From assembly GCF_002113885.1 (NCBI RefSeq), contig NW_018408904.1, positions 164,514 to 228,513 of the forward strand: a DNA stretch of 64,000 nt, given 5' to 3'. Source of the DNA: Mizuhopecten yessoensis (taxonomy: Eukaryota). Below the pieces are notes generated by a model. The model was given only the letters and a program-made list of their open reading frames with translations. It ran no database searches and was not told the DNA's origin. Below, piece after piece: positions 1 to 12,900 of the stretch. The position numbers and the translations under genes are program-made. How positions within the stretch are numbered: position 1 is the first letter of the stretch; each line of letters starts with the position of its first letter.

Positions 1-308
1 ATTGTATATCGTTGAGAAATGTGGAGAAAAGGAAAGATGACATATTTTCACCTTGCCTGACTCCATTTTCACACCTGAAGAAATCTGACGTTTCTCCATT
101 ATTTACTATTCTTGACTTTATCTCACTGTACATATTGACTATAATTCTATGCATGTTTCCATTGATGTTATTAGCTAATAATTTGTGCCATAGTGCCTCA
201 CGCCAAACAGTATCAAAGGCCTTTTCAAAGTCAATAAAGGCACAATATATGTTCTTCCGTTTTTGACTTTTGATTAGTTCAAATAGCAAATGTACGGTGA
301 AGATATTG
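1..308 (-). mobile_element. LINE (non-LTR) reverse transcriptase fragment, 5'-truncated, runs off the window edge
   Basis: Manual minus-strand translation: NIFTVHLLFELIKSQKRKNIYCAFIDFEKAFDTVWREALWHKL...FRCENGVRQGENMSSFLFSTFLNDIQ, containing the FIDFEKAFD and GVRQG motifs of LINE RT. Confidence 0.85.
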
Positions 309-519
309 ACAAGACCTCCGTAAGCTCTTCTATATCCCCAGCGTAACACTGAAATAAACCCAAATCTAAATATATGCAAACATTAACGATAATCTAGATT
401 TTTTCTTTCTTCAAGATATAACATACAACATACAATCAAATATTGCCATGTAATATACATATATCAAATATCACCATATAATGCACATGTAACAAAATAT
501 AGCCATGCGCCATCCATAT

Positions 520-3500
520 ATCAATCTAAACATGAAACATGCATACATGTATCAATCTCGCCATGCGTCATACATGTATTAATCTCGCCATGCGTCAAAC
601 ATGTATAAACCTTGCCATGCGTCATGCATGTATTAATCTCGCCATGCCGCAAACATGTATCAATCTCGCCATGAGTCATACATGTATTAATCTCGTCATG
701 CGCATGTATCAATATCGCCATGCGGCAAACATGAATCAATCTCGCCATGCGGCAAACATGAATCAATCTCGCCATGCGGCAAACATGTAACAATCTCGCC
801 ATGCGGCAAGCATGTATTAATCTCGCCATGCCGCAAACATGTATCAATCTCGTCATGCGGCAAACATGTATCAATATCGCCATGCGTCATACATGTACTA
901 ATCTCGCCATGCGGCAAACATGTAACAATCTCGCCATGCGGCAAGCATGTATTAATCTCGCCATGCCGCAAACATGTATCAATCTCACCATGCGGCAAAC
1001 ATGTATTAATCTCGCCATGCCGCAAACATGTATCAATCTCGCCAACCGGCAAACATGTATCAATCTCGCCATCCGGCAAACATGTATCAATCTTGCCATG
1101 CGTCATACATGTATTGTATCAATCTCGCCATGCTGCAAACATGTATCAATCTCGTCATGCGTCATGCATGTATTAATCTCGCCATGCCGCAAACATGTAT
1201 CAATCTCACCATGCGGCAAACATGTATTAATCTCGCCATGCGGCAAACATGCATTAATCCCGCCTTGCGGCAAACATGTATCAATATCGCCATGCGTCAT
1301 ACATGTACTAATCTCGCCATGCGGCAAACATGCATTAATCCCGCATTGCGGCAAACATGTATCAATCTCGTCATGCGTCATGCATGTATTAATCTCGTCA
1401 TGCGGCAAACATGTATCAATCTCGCCATCCGGCAAACATGTATCAATCTCGCCAACCGGCAAACATGTATCAATCTTGCCATGCGTCATACATGTATGAA
1501 TCTCGCCATGCGGCAAACATGTATCAATCTCGTCATGCGTCATGCATGTATTAATCTCGTCATGCGCATGTATCAATATCGCCATGCGTCATACATGTAT
1601 CAATCTCGCCACGCGTCATACATGTATTAATATCGCCATGCGGCAAACATGCATTAATCCCGCCTTGCGGCAAACATGTATCAATCTCGTCATGCGTCAT
1701 GCATGTATTAATCTCGCCATGCCGCAAACATGTATCAATCTCGTCATGCGTCATGCATGTATTAATCTCGTCATGCGGCAAACATGTATCAATCTTGCCA
1801 TGCGTCATACATGTATGAATCTCGCCATGCGGCAAACATGCATTAATCCCGCCTTGCGGCAAACATGTATCAATTTCGCCATGCGTCATACATGTATCAA
1901 TCTCGCCATGCGTCATACATGTATTAATCTCGCCATGCGGCAAACATGTATAAATCTCGCCATGCGTCATGCATGTATTAATCTCGTCATGCGGCAAACA
2001 TGTATCAATCTCGCCACGCGGCAAACATGTATCAATCTCGCCTTGCGGCAAGCATGTATCAATCTCGTCATGCGGCAAACATGTATCAATCTCGCCTTGC
2101 GGCAAGCATGTATCAATCTCGTCATGCGGCAAACATGTATTAATCTCGCCGTGCGGCAAACATGTATCAATCTCGCCACGCGGCAAACATGTATCAATCT
2201 CGCCAGGCGGCAAACATGTATCAATCTCGCCACGCGTCATACATGTATTAATCTCGCCATGCGTCAAACATGTATAAACCTTGCCATGCGTCATGCATGT
2301 ATTAATCTTGCCATGCGGCAAACATGTATCAATCACGCCATGCGGCAAACATGTATCAGTCTCGCCATGCGGCAAACATGTATCACTCTCGCCATGCGGC
2401 AAACATGTATCACTCTCGCCATGCGGCAAACATGTATCAGTCTCGCCATGCGGCAAACATGTATCAGTCTCGCCATGCGGCAAACATGTATCAGTCTCGC
2501 CATGCGGCAAACATGTATCACTCTCGCCATGCGGCAAACATGTATCAGTCTCGCCATGCGGCAAACATGTATCAGTCTCGCCATGCGGCAAACATGTATC
2601 AGTCTCGCCATGCGGCAAACATGTATCAAGCTCGCCATGCGGCAAACATGTATCAATATCGCCATGCGGCAAACATGCATTAATCCCGCATTGCGGCAAA
2701 CATGTATCAATATCGCCAACCGGCAAACATGTATCAAGCTCGCCATGCGGCAAACATGTATCAACCTCGCCATGCGGCAAACATGTATCAGTCTCGCCAT
2801 GCGGCAAACATGTATCAAGCTCGCCATGCGGCAAACATGTATCAGTCTCGCCATGCGGCAAACATGTATCAGTCTCGCCATGCGGCAAACATGTATCAAG
2901 CTCGCCATGCGGCAAACATGTATTAATGTCGCCATGCGGCAAACATGTATCAACCTCGCCATGCGGCAAACATGTATCACTCTCGCCATGCGGCAAACAT
3001 GTATCAAGCTCGCCATGCGGCAAACATGTATCACTCTCGCCATGCGGCAAACATGTATCAGTCTCGCCATGCGGCAAACATGTATCACTCTCGCCATGCG
3101 GCAAACATGTATCAACCTCGCCATGCGGCAAACATGTATCAGTCTCGCCATGCGGCAAACATGTATCACTCTCGCCATGCGGCAAACATGTATCACTCTC
3201 GCCATGCGGCAAACATGTATCACTCTCGCCATGCGGCAAACATGTATCACTCTCGCCATGCGGCAAACATGTATCAACCTCGCCATGCGGCAAACATGTA
3301 TCAGTCTCGCCATGCGGCAAACATGTATCACTCTCGCCATGCGGCAAACATGTATCAGTCTCGCCATGCGGCAAACATGTATCACTCTCGCCATGCGGCA
3401 AACATGTATCAACCTCGCCATGCGGCAAACATGTATCAACCTCGCCATGCGGCAAACATGTATCAACCTCGCCATGCGGCAAACATGTATCAGTCTCGCC

Positions 3501-4560
3501 ATGCGGCAAACATGTATCAGTCTCGCCATGCGGCAAACATGTATCAGTCTCGCCATGCGGCAAACATGTATCAGTCTCGCCATGCGGCAAACATGTATCA
3601 ATATCGCCATGCGTCATACATGTATTAATCTCGCCATGCGTCAAACATGTATCAATCTCGCCATCCGGCAAACATGTATCAAGCTCACCATGCGGCAAGC
3701 ATGTATCAATCTCGTCATGCGGCAAACATGTATCAATATCGCCATGCGGCAAACATGTATAAATCTCGCCATGCGTCATGCATGTATTAATCTTGCCATG
3801 CGGCAAACATGTATCAATCACGCCATGCTTCATACATGTATTAATCTCGCCATGCGGCATGCATGTATCAATCTCGCCATGCGGCATACATGTATCAATC
3901 TCGCCATGCGGAAACATGCATTAATCCCGCATTGCGGCAAACATGTATCAATATCGCCATGCGTCATACATGTATTAATATCGCCATGCGGCAAACATGT
4001 ATAAATCTCGCCATGCGGCAAACATGTACCAATCTCGCCATGCGGCAAACATGTAGCAATCTCGCCATGCGGCAAACATGTACCAATCTCGCCATGCGGC
4101 AAACATGTATCAGTCTCGCCATGCGGCAAACATGTATCAGTCTCGCCATGCGGCAAACATGTATCAAGCTCGCCATGCGGCAAACATGTATCACTCTCGC
4201 CATGCGGCAAACATGTATCACTCTCGCCATGCGGCAAACATGTATCAGTCTCGCCATGCGGCAAACATGTATCACTCTCGCCATGCGGCAAACATGTATC
4301 AGTCTCGCCATGCGGCAAACATGTATCAGTCTCGCCATGCGGCAAACATGTATCAACCTCGCCATGCGGCAAACATGTATCAATCGCGCCATGCGGCAAA
4401 CATGTATCAATCGCGCCATGCGGCAAACATGTATCAATATCGCCAACCGGCAAACATGTATCAATCTCGCCATGCGGCAAACATGTATCAATCTCGCCAT
4501 CCGGCATACATGTATCAATATCGACATACGGCACATGAAACAAACAATATAATCGCCATG
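520..4560. repeat. 27-bp minisatellite array (consensus CATGTATCAATCTCGCCATGCGGCAAA), about 150 units
   Basis: Direct tandem periodicity; 9-codon periodic ORFs in several frames; degenerate units at both edges, homogeneous core at about 2345-3600. Confidence 0.97.
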
Positions 4561-4713
4561 CGAAATACATGAATTGTAAACATTCAATATCATTATCTAA
4601 AGCCATGTGGCATACTATCAAAATCTATATTATACCATACCACAATTAGTATATAGTTTAATCAACATAAAATTATACAACGATCCTTTCAAAACACCAT
4701 TCATCAAAATGTC

Positions 4714-7010
4714 TCAATAATGCAAAATTTTATCTGCCATGGAAATATTTCTACAGTCCATATACAACGCTAACATTCGGAACTTCAAATCCGTAGTGCC
4801 AAACATACAGACGCCGTTTTTATATGGCGTGAACCACTCTTTTCGCGTTGGTAAATCTATGAAATCTGACACTTGTGGTATAAATGCACCGTCTTTTTTT
4901 TTGCAAATAATCGACCAAAAACTAGACGATCTCCATAAAGGCACAATCAAAACACCCTGTCCTTTTTCATCAACCTTTTTTCTCATAACTCGTAAAATCA
5001 ATATTGGCGGGGGCACACAAAAGCCCCTACTATCTCCCCAATGATGAACAAATGCATCCACCCCTGTAGAACACTCACTCTAAAACCCTGAAAAGAAAAC
5101 GGGTAAATTTGCGTTATGTTCACAGGAAAACCAATCAACATCAAGCGTTCCCCATCTCTGAACAATGATATTTAACATATCCATGGAAAGGCCCAAATCA
5201 TCCCTGTCGGGGATCCGTGATAGGCAATCCACCCTCTCGTTAAGCGTCCTTGGCAACCATTCCATCTCTAGGGACACAGTATACTTGATACAAGTATGAA
5301 ACATATCCATAGCAACCAATTGCAAACCAGGTTTCATAGAGACCTTGTCTACAATTCTACAAACTCCTGTGTTATCTGTAAACCATTTCACTCTGTGACC
5401 GCTTAAGCTTTCCCCAAAGATTTCAAAGCCGCCACTAATTCCCGCCATGTTGACGACTGAACACTCTCCTCCTCTGTCCACACCTCGTGTGCTACACCAT
5501 TTATTGTACTAACCTCGTAGCCACCAAATCCCAAACCACTTGCATCACTATAAACAATTTTCAAACACTTTTCAACATCCCTCAATGACTTAAAATTGAC
5601 ATTCTTTATATTGTCTCACCAAAACTGAAGCTGTAGTAAACTCTCATCAGACAACTTTATGCTGATACACCTCGTCATAATCTGAGAAGTACTACCTGTG
5701 ACGACAGCCATGGATATAATTTGGCCCACCAAACTGGCTACTTTTCTAACAAGAAACCTCCTACTCTTCCTGACTACTTACTCAATGTGACCTATATTAT
5801 CCATGATTCTGTCAATTCTACTTTCTGTAACATCCAGAATAAACCGATCTGAATCGATACCACATCCTAAAAACGGTTAAACCTTGATCGATACCCACAA
5901 AGACTTTTACCGCCTTTGGAACAAAACCGGACTTGAGAAAGTCTAATTTAATTTCCTGCGCTAAAATCTGCGTCTCTAAAAAGTCTTTCACACATCCAAA
6001 ACCATCGTCAAGATACCCTAGCATCAACTTCCCCTCTCCTCTCCATTTCGCTATCAGAAGCCGACAAAGTTTTGTAAATATGTATGGCGCCGAAAATAAA
6101 CCAAAAGGCAACACCAAAAATTTATAATACACAGTTGTACCATCTTTATAGGTCTAGGAAAACCCTAACTATTCTGTATGTGACAAATAGATCTCCACAA
6201 AATGATATGCTGGATGAATATTAAATTTGAACACAAGTGCTGTACGAATGTCCGCATGTCTATTAACTACTCTTAAATCCAAAATCAACCTCTTTTTAGA
6301 ACAAATCTGAATAGCAAGTACACGCGAATTTCATTGCATATCTCGATCAAATTCCTCTGCAAAAGATCATTAATGGCTTGTTCAACAAAATTAGACTCTG
6401 CCAACGCAGACTTGTTAATTTTTAACGTGCACTTTTTGGAGGTAGAATAAAAAGGTATCTTATACCCATTCAAAATAACATCTAAAATGTACGCATTAGT
6501 GCTAATATTTTTCCAAAAGTCAGAACTTTCCTTCAATCTCTCTTTCACTAAGATTTTCTTACCCCCTTGCTCATATTCAAAATAATCACTAGTAAATTGA
6601 TTATCAATTAAATACTCATCTTCCAAGTCATCTTTTGGAACTGGTCTTTTACTCTCCTCACTTCCTAACAGCCTGGATGGAAACTGCTGTCGCTGACCCT
6701 GCCGAATACGGACAGTCCCGTCTGTAATGGGTGAACTCGCCGCAGCTGAAGCACGCCCCTCCGCCATACTATGTCCCTGCCCTGGGGTAGACAGGCTGAC
6801 TCCCGGGACCTCTGGCATACCTGATTCCTTGAAAGGGGTTGTCCCTGTTGTTTAACTGCTGATTGACCGCCCAAATAACCACCACTGAAAGAAGAAATAA
6901 CCACCGAATTTTGCTTTCATCATCAGAATCGTTCGCTACAGGGTGGCACTCGTACTGCCCAACTGTCTCCCATCCGCCTTCAGATGTATATCTGCTATGC
7001 GTATCAACTT
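4714..7010 (-). mobile_element. Decayed DIRS/Ngaro-type (tyrosine-recombinase class) retrotransposon: gag, RT, RNase H, adenine-methyltransferase-like domain; recombinase not seen
   Basis: Minus strand: gag-like NKLIRIAD..SEGGWETVGQYECHPVANDSDDESKI (about 6900-7010); CCHC knuckle CFSCGEFTHYRRDC (about 6710-6755); RT YKFLVLPFGLFSAPYIFTK...GYLDDG; RNase H VYSDASGLGFGG...SSTWRELVA...WFTDN; MT-like DVDWFSCEHNA..DAFVHHW..CVPPP..LIVPLWRSSSFW. Many frameshifts. Confidence 0.85.
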
Positions 7011-7069
7011 GTTAGGTACCTTGAGCTTATCACCAACTTGTTAGGTACCTTGAGCTTATCACCAACTTC

Positions 7070-9800
7070 GCTCAAAAGTTCTCGAGGATAGTCCGCTTCA
7101 TTATTTAGCTAGCTATATTGGTCGACTGCTTACTAGCCGATCCGCTATTAGACGCCTCTCCTAAATCATCCCCATCCATGCCGAACAAAAACCGTGTGTA
7201 CTGTCGGTGCGACTATCGCTGAATGACCCGACAGTCACATACCGCACACCCAGCACGTGCGATACCCGACTTCAACGCCCTCTCGGTTATACGTGATCAG
7301 GAACTGTTGAAATCTGATATCGAGTTGATCTCAGATGTTGAAATCTCGTGTGAAACAATCGACAAGGTGTTTACGGAAGACATGAAACATGGTGCAGCTC
7401 CGAAGTCCCTCGCTGATAGGCTACATTTAGTTTCATCCAAAACACTGTCGTTCGAGAAGTATCGGAAATCTACTATGGTTGAGCTTTCAAGTCTTACTCA
7501 GTCTATCAGTCATGTCAGTTTAGGACTGGACCGCGTCAATGATGTTCGTTTTTCAAATGGGAACTCTGTCCGTAATAATATCCGTACAGTCCAAGAGAAA
7601 CTTGATGGTATTGAACGAGACCTCACCTCTCATATGTCAATTGTGAACTCTGTCCAAGGTTGCATATCTTCACTGCACTCGCGTGTTCGCGACACGGAAC
7701 ATTCTATTGCCGAAGCTCCGGTAAGAGCCAACGCTTGTGTGCTGACACTGCAATCAGGGTGTTTTCTGAGGAGCTATAGCTAATGATATAAACGGCGTTC
7801 GTAGGTATGTTTATGAGACTGTGAATGCACGGCAACCGGTTACTTCTCCTGACATACAAACCCACTCTAAAGTTCCTCTTGGTGGATCCTTCAACACATC
7901 AACCAATATGTGTGGATTTGCCAAGTCCGGCTCCGAAGCAATCGTACGAGGAATCGGTGACTTCGTCAGCAAGTGCACCGAAACCCATTCGATCCGTCTG
8001 TTCGAACGCACTTGCAGAAGAACCTGACGTTACGCACACAAGTAGTGGCTTTGTGGGTGTCACGATGAAAAAGACTTCACGTCTATTTGTATGTGGTATG
8101 TCGGATACCTGTACTGCAGATGACGTAAGGTCGTACCTTGAGGACAGGGGTTTACACGTAACATTTTTACGGCTCATCAAGAGCCGTATGCGTGACTGTG
8201 TGTCTGCGTGGGTCAACATCTTGTCAAGTGATATCATCAAAACTAAAGCACGTGATTTCTGGCCAGGGGGAGTCCGATGTCGTAAATGGGTAAGTAAAAC
8301 CCGGTCCTATGGTGAGAGTGCCCAGAGTTCAGAAGAATGCGATCCTAATGAATAATAACCATACTATGAGCTGATTCGTTATCTGTCTATTGACACTTTT
8401 ATGCATGGAATATCTCCGCATAATGACATGGAACGTGACAGGAATTATGTCGTCTGGGCTTAACCTCTACAAGGCGTTTCGTTTTAATCATATTGATACA
8501 TGCGGCATATCGGAACACTGGCTTTTTGAGGAAAAACAGCCATATGTTTCAGAGCATCCACAATTCCTACGATTCTCATGTTATATGTGATTTCTCTTTA
8601 CAACCTCATGCTGACAGAAGAACGCGTAAAAGTGGTGTTGTGTTGATGTGACACAAGATAGTTGTTGTTGATTACGATGACTACCGAATCGCGATATTTC
8701 AAGTTGTGCTTGACGATACCGTTTTTTATATACCCCAGGTGTACCTTCCAACAATGCGGTATGGGATGGACCTGTTTCGCTCATATATAGACAAGCTCGA
8801 TGAATTGTACACGAAATTCTCTACAAGTGGAATGTTATTGTTATGGGTGATTTCAACGCTCACTTGACTGGTCCTCGCATCAGCACCGACCTCAATCCTC
8901 AGGGCATCGTACTGAAACGTTTCCTGGAGTTGAACAAGTTAACCGCCGTAAACACACTCTCTTCTTGCCACGGTCCCATAAATTCGTTTGTGCATGGTGA
9001 CGATGGAGCCTGCTCCTTAATAGATTATATCATTATAGACTCAGGAAAGATTGACCTGGTGTGTGACTATAAAACCTCAGACGACAGGTTCCTTGACGTG
9101 TCTAATTACAGAGCCATATTCTGTGATATACGTATACCTGATCAATTTCTACAAAACGATCACAGTTCTGAAAAGGCTTTTGAAAAAACATCTTTCAAGT
9201 GGATCACCTCTGGCGACAATAGTAACGTTGACGTATATCGTAGTAATGCTGAACGTCTATTGCGTGACTCTGGTTTACTTGAACGTGAAATTTCGATTTG
9301 TGGTGAAATTGAAACCTTTACATCTGATCTTGTTGAAGTCATTAAAGAAGTCTCTTTTACTTGCATCAAAAGAAACTTTCACCTTTCTTAAGCCTTATTG
9401 GAATGGTCATCTCAAGGATCTCCATAAACGAATGTGGAATCTTCGCTGTAGTTGGGTTAGGCTTGGCCGACCACGAGGCCCCAATGCAGAGTCTTTTCGT
9501 TTATATAAAGAGACAAAGCGCGACTTTCGTAGATCTCACCGTCGACTGTCAGAGGAACATTTACAGAAACTCAATTATGACATTGCAGAAGCAGCTGAGG
9601 TAGATCAGCGGACCTTTTGGAAGCTTTAAAATATCGTTGTCAACGTAACAATGGAACAAGCTAGTGCAGAAGGCAAAACAGTCCGTAATCCCCAACACCT
9701 TGCAGTTCATTGGGGTAGATATTTTTCATTTTTGTATAAACAATGTGAAAACACAGATTATGATAACGAATTTAAAGTAATTGTTGATTCTAATTGAAAG
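7070..9800 (+). mobile_element. Decayed LINE, 5' half: ORF1 (coiled coil + RRM-like) and ORF2 AP-endonuclease; truncated before RT
   Basis: ORF1 pieces 7223-7783 and 7825-8355 (RLFVCGMSDTCTADDVRSYL...FWPGGVRCRKW); APE motifs IMTWNVTGI, GISEHWL, MGDFNAH, LIDYII; linker KPYWN...WVRLGRPRG. Frameshifted. Confidence 0.85.
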
Positions 9801-9880
9801 ATTGTCTTGATCAGCCCTCTGTATCATCGGGTTTTAGTGATTTTACAATGTTTGAAGTCTACACGGGTTGTAATAAATTA

Positions 9881-9985
9881 GAAACCATGAAATTGCGTTT
9901 GGACTGGCTACAATTTTGAAAATATGAATCCCCCCTGAGTTCTTTTGAAGAAAACAAATTCGTCAGCAAGATTTAGCATACCCCA
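9881..9985 (+). repeat. Dispersed repeat fragment, second copy at about 30418-30523
   Basis: gaaaccatgaaattgcgtttggactggctacaattttgaaaatat...gatttagcata vs gaaaccatgaaaatgcatttggactggcaaccattttgaaaatat...gatttagcata. Confidence 0.75.
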
Positions 9986-11164
9986 TATTTGCAAACCGAT
10001 CCGATGCCCAGCACAGCATTCCACCCGATCACATTGGAAACGGACAATGGGTGAACCAATTGTTGCCAATTGAAGAAATGCTGAATATTGAGCAGGGAAT
10101 AACAACTACCATTTTCAAAGATTTAGGTGTGATCCCGCGTGTGGACAGAACCTTTAACGTTCTAACAGCTAAGGAAGGCACTAGGAAACAAAAAAAAGGA
10201 GTTAGCAAGTAGAAATAAATAAAAAGATCCAAAAATGTTGCAATAGGACAGCGGATCAATTGTGGAATACTTCGATGTCCCTTTAGTAGAAGACACAGAA
10301 GAAAAACTCCAATTATCCGAACATACGAGAATTATTGGAAAGAACGGTTCTATTGTAGTGTCTGTCTGGCTTGGTTCATGGCTTTAGTCACAATACAGGT
10401 GAGGGTTTTATAAGTTATATTAAGAAACTAGTTCTAGGTCAGGTGTAAACTCACTAAAATTCATATGTGTTTTGTTTCAATACAAAAGAGGGGGTCGCAA
10501 ACCCAGCCTTAACTACTTCCGGTACTAAAATGTATACACCGAAATTTAGTATTTGGCTACATTTTGGATGAAGCAACTCGTCACTAATTTTTTTTTATTA
10601 TAGATATATAGTATATGTATCCTTATGTTGTAGCTGCGGGTGAAACACTTATATTTATCGTAAACCTGTTGGTAGGGGGCTCCCCACCTATGTGCCTGTA
10701 ATATCAGTCTTTATGTGACTTAAGTTTTTACGTTTTTGTGTGCAGATTACTTTATATTGACATCATACCAATGAAACAGATTACTTTATATTGACATCAT
10801 ACCAATGAAACAGACGATTTAATCAATGCTTACTTGTTGTATATATGTTTTCTTCTTCTTTTGCAATAGGTACACAAGGGAAATACAGGATAATTACTGT
10901 CGCTAAGGACGAGTCAACTCCAGTTCTCAGGGGTGCTGTTGTGGCTAAAATGTCGTTAAATTTGTTTGAAGGAGCTTATCTCATCCACCTGATGACGTCA
11001 ATCATATGACAATGCACAAGCCATTCCTAGGTGCTACAGTTTTCAGGAGAAGAGAAACGATTGCCGTTTTGATATTAGGTATTTGAGTGGAGACCTTTAC
11101 ATGTCTCCCAGTACCCTGGCGCTGACTGTTATGAGGTGGCATTGTTAAGATAATGATAATCCCT

Positions 11165-11946
11165 TTACGGATCAAGGCTACCTCTAGGGTTACGGGTCAA
11201 GGCTATCTGTAGGGTTACGGGTCAAGGCTACCTCTAGGGTTACGGGTCAAGGCTACCTCTAGGGTTACGGGTCAAGGCTACCTCTAGGGTTACGGATCAA
11301 GGCTACCTCTAGGGTTAGGGGTCAAGGCTATCTGTAGGGTTACGGGTCAAGGCTTCCTCTAGGGTTACGGTCAATACTACCTCTAGGGTTACGGGTCAAG
11401 GCTACCTCTAGGGCTACGGGTCAAGGCTACCTCTAGGGTTACGGGTCAATACTACCTCTAGGGTTACGGGTCAATACTACCTCTAGGGTTAAGGGTCAAG
11501 GCTACCTCTAGGGTTACTGGTCAAGGCTATCGGTAGGGTTACGGGTCAAGGCTACCTCTTGGGTTACGGGTCAATACTACCTCTAGGGTTACGGGTCAAG
11601 GCTACCTCTAGGGTTACGGGTCAATACTACCTCTAGGGTTACGGGTCACGTCTACCTCTAGCGTTACGGCTCAAGGCTACCTCTAGGGCTACGGATCAAG
11701 GCCACCTCTAGGGTTACGGGTCAAGGCTACCACTAGGGTTACGGGTCAAGGCTATCGGTAGGGTTACGGGTCAAGGCTACCTCTAGGGTAACTGGTCAAG
11801 GCTACCTTTATGGTTACGGATCAAGGCTACCTCTAGGGTTACGGGTCAAGGCTACCTCTAGGGTTACGGGTCAATGCTACCTCTTGGGTTACGGGTCAAG
11901 GCTACCTCTAGGGCTACGGATCAAGGCTACATTTACGGTTACGGGT
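11165..11946. repeat. 25-bp minisatellite (GGTCAAGGCTACCTCTAGGGTTACG), about 31 units
   Basis: Direct tandem periodicity. Confidence 0.95.
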
Positions 11947-12329
11947 GAATTCTCTATTTCCAGAAGTTTTTCAACTTATCGCAAAAAAAAGTGAGTCTGC
12001 CACAGGTTTTGACTGTAGATTTGAGTCAATGCTACAAATCCCGATTGAAAATGTTTTTCTACATAACTCCACAATGAGTGACCTATTGTGGTTCAAGTTC
12101 TAGACTTCCCTAAGCTAAAATATGACTCAATAAATGAATTTTTGCGGGACATTTTGGATGGAGATAAATACTAGTATATCTCCACTGGTACACTGCACAC
12201 ATGTGGTTTAAAGGCAGCCATAATGTATCTGTAGTGCACGCGAACTTTCAACTTCAATTTGTTTCTCATAGTTGATTGAAAAATGGAAAACGGAGGACCT
12301 TCTCCTGTTTGTATCTCTGCTGCACTTTG

Positions 12330-12900
12330 CTATTCTGCGTCGGCATCCGCGTTATGGATGCGTGGTCGATAGTGTTCTAAGTCAGATTTGTACCCACCGA
12401 TAGCTGTAACCCACCTCTTTGATGTGGCATCCAGTGTCACGAGGTCACGACATAAGTCAATAAGTTTTGTCGGTCACTCCAAAGAACAGTGAGTCCTTAA
12501 GTTTGTCGATCGCTTCCAACTTCAGCGTTAGGAACTCAACTATGTGTTTAGGGTATCGGCATGCGTCTTCCGACAACCTTCAAGTGACATTAGTAACGAC
12601 CTCCTTCTTCACACCAATCTTACATGGAAGACAACACCATATCCTAACAATAAGGCGTCTGTGTGAAGAACCAATAGGCGCTCGGAAGCTGGATGTTTTC
12701 AAAAAAGCCTCTTTTGATAATTTCAAAAGAGGCTTTTGTGCCTCTGCCCGAACATATTGGCGATATTCCCTTTTTGACGTTATTTGCTTCCATCTTAGAT
12801 TTCCTGGTTGCATGTATCAGTATGGCTAGCGGACGAGCGATGAGTGAGATTGAACCGACGGTAGCATCCCCATAAACCACAAATGTCATGAGGCCCTTTT
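12330..12900 (-). mobile_element. Highly decayed Ty3/Gypsy pol fragment (RT connection / RNase H)
   Basis: Minus-strand pieces IARPL, RYPKHIVEFLTLKLEAIDKLKD and LDATSKRWVTAIGGYKSDLEHYRPRIHNADADA resemble Gypsy RNase H motifs (YPAHKLEFLALKWA..; LDATG.RW...YRPG..N.DADALS). Confidence 0.65.

Noticed and set aside
520-4560. p53-like half sites (AAACATGTAT) in the 27-bp unit
   Set aside because: One half site has a mismatch and the neighbouring CATG half site (CGCCATGCGG) fits poorly; no supporting context.
521-4621. Long ORFs (up to 820 aa) such as MRQTCINLA or DTCLPHGE repeats
   Set aside because: 27-bp unit is stop-free in several frames on both strands; frames shift at indels; no unique domain, so non-coding repeat artefact.
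10743-11010. 34-bp tandem duplication and a possible short exon after ttttgcaatag
   Set aside because: Translation (GTQGKYRIITVAKDES...) not recognisable and no clear partner exons.
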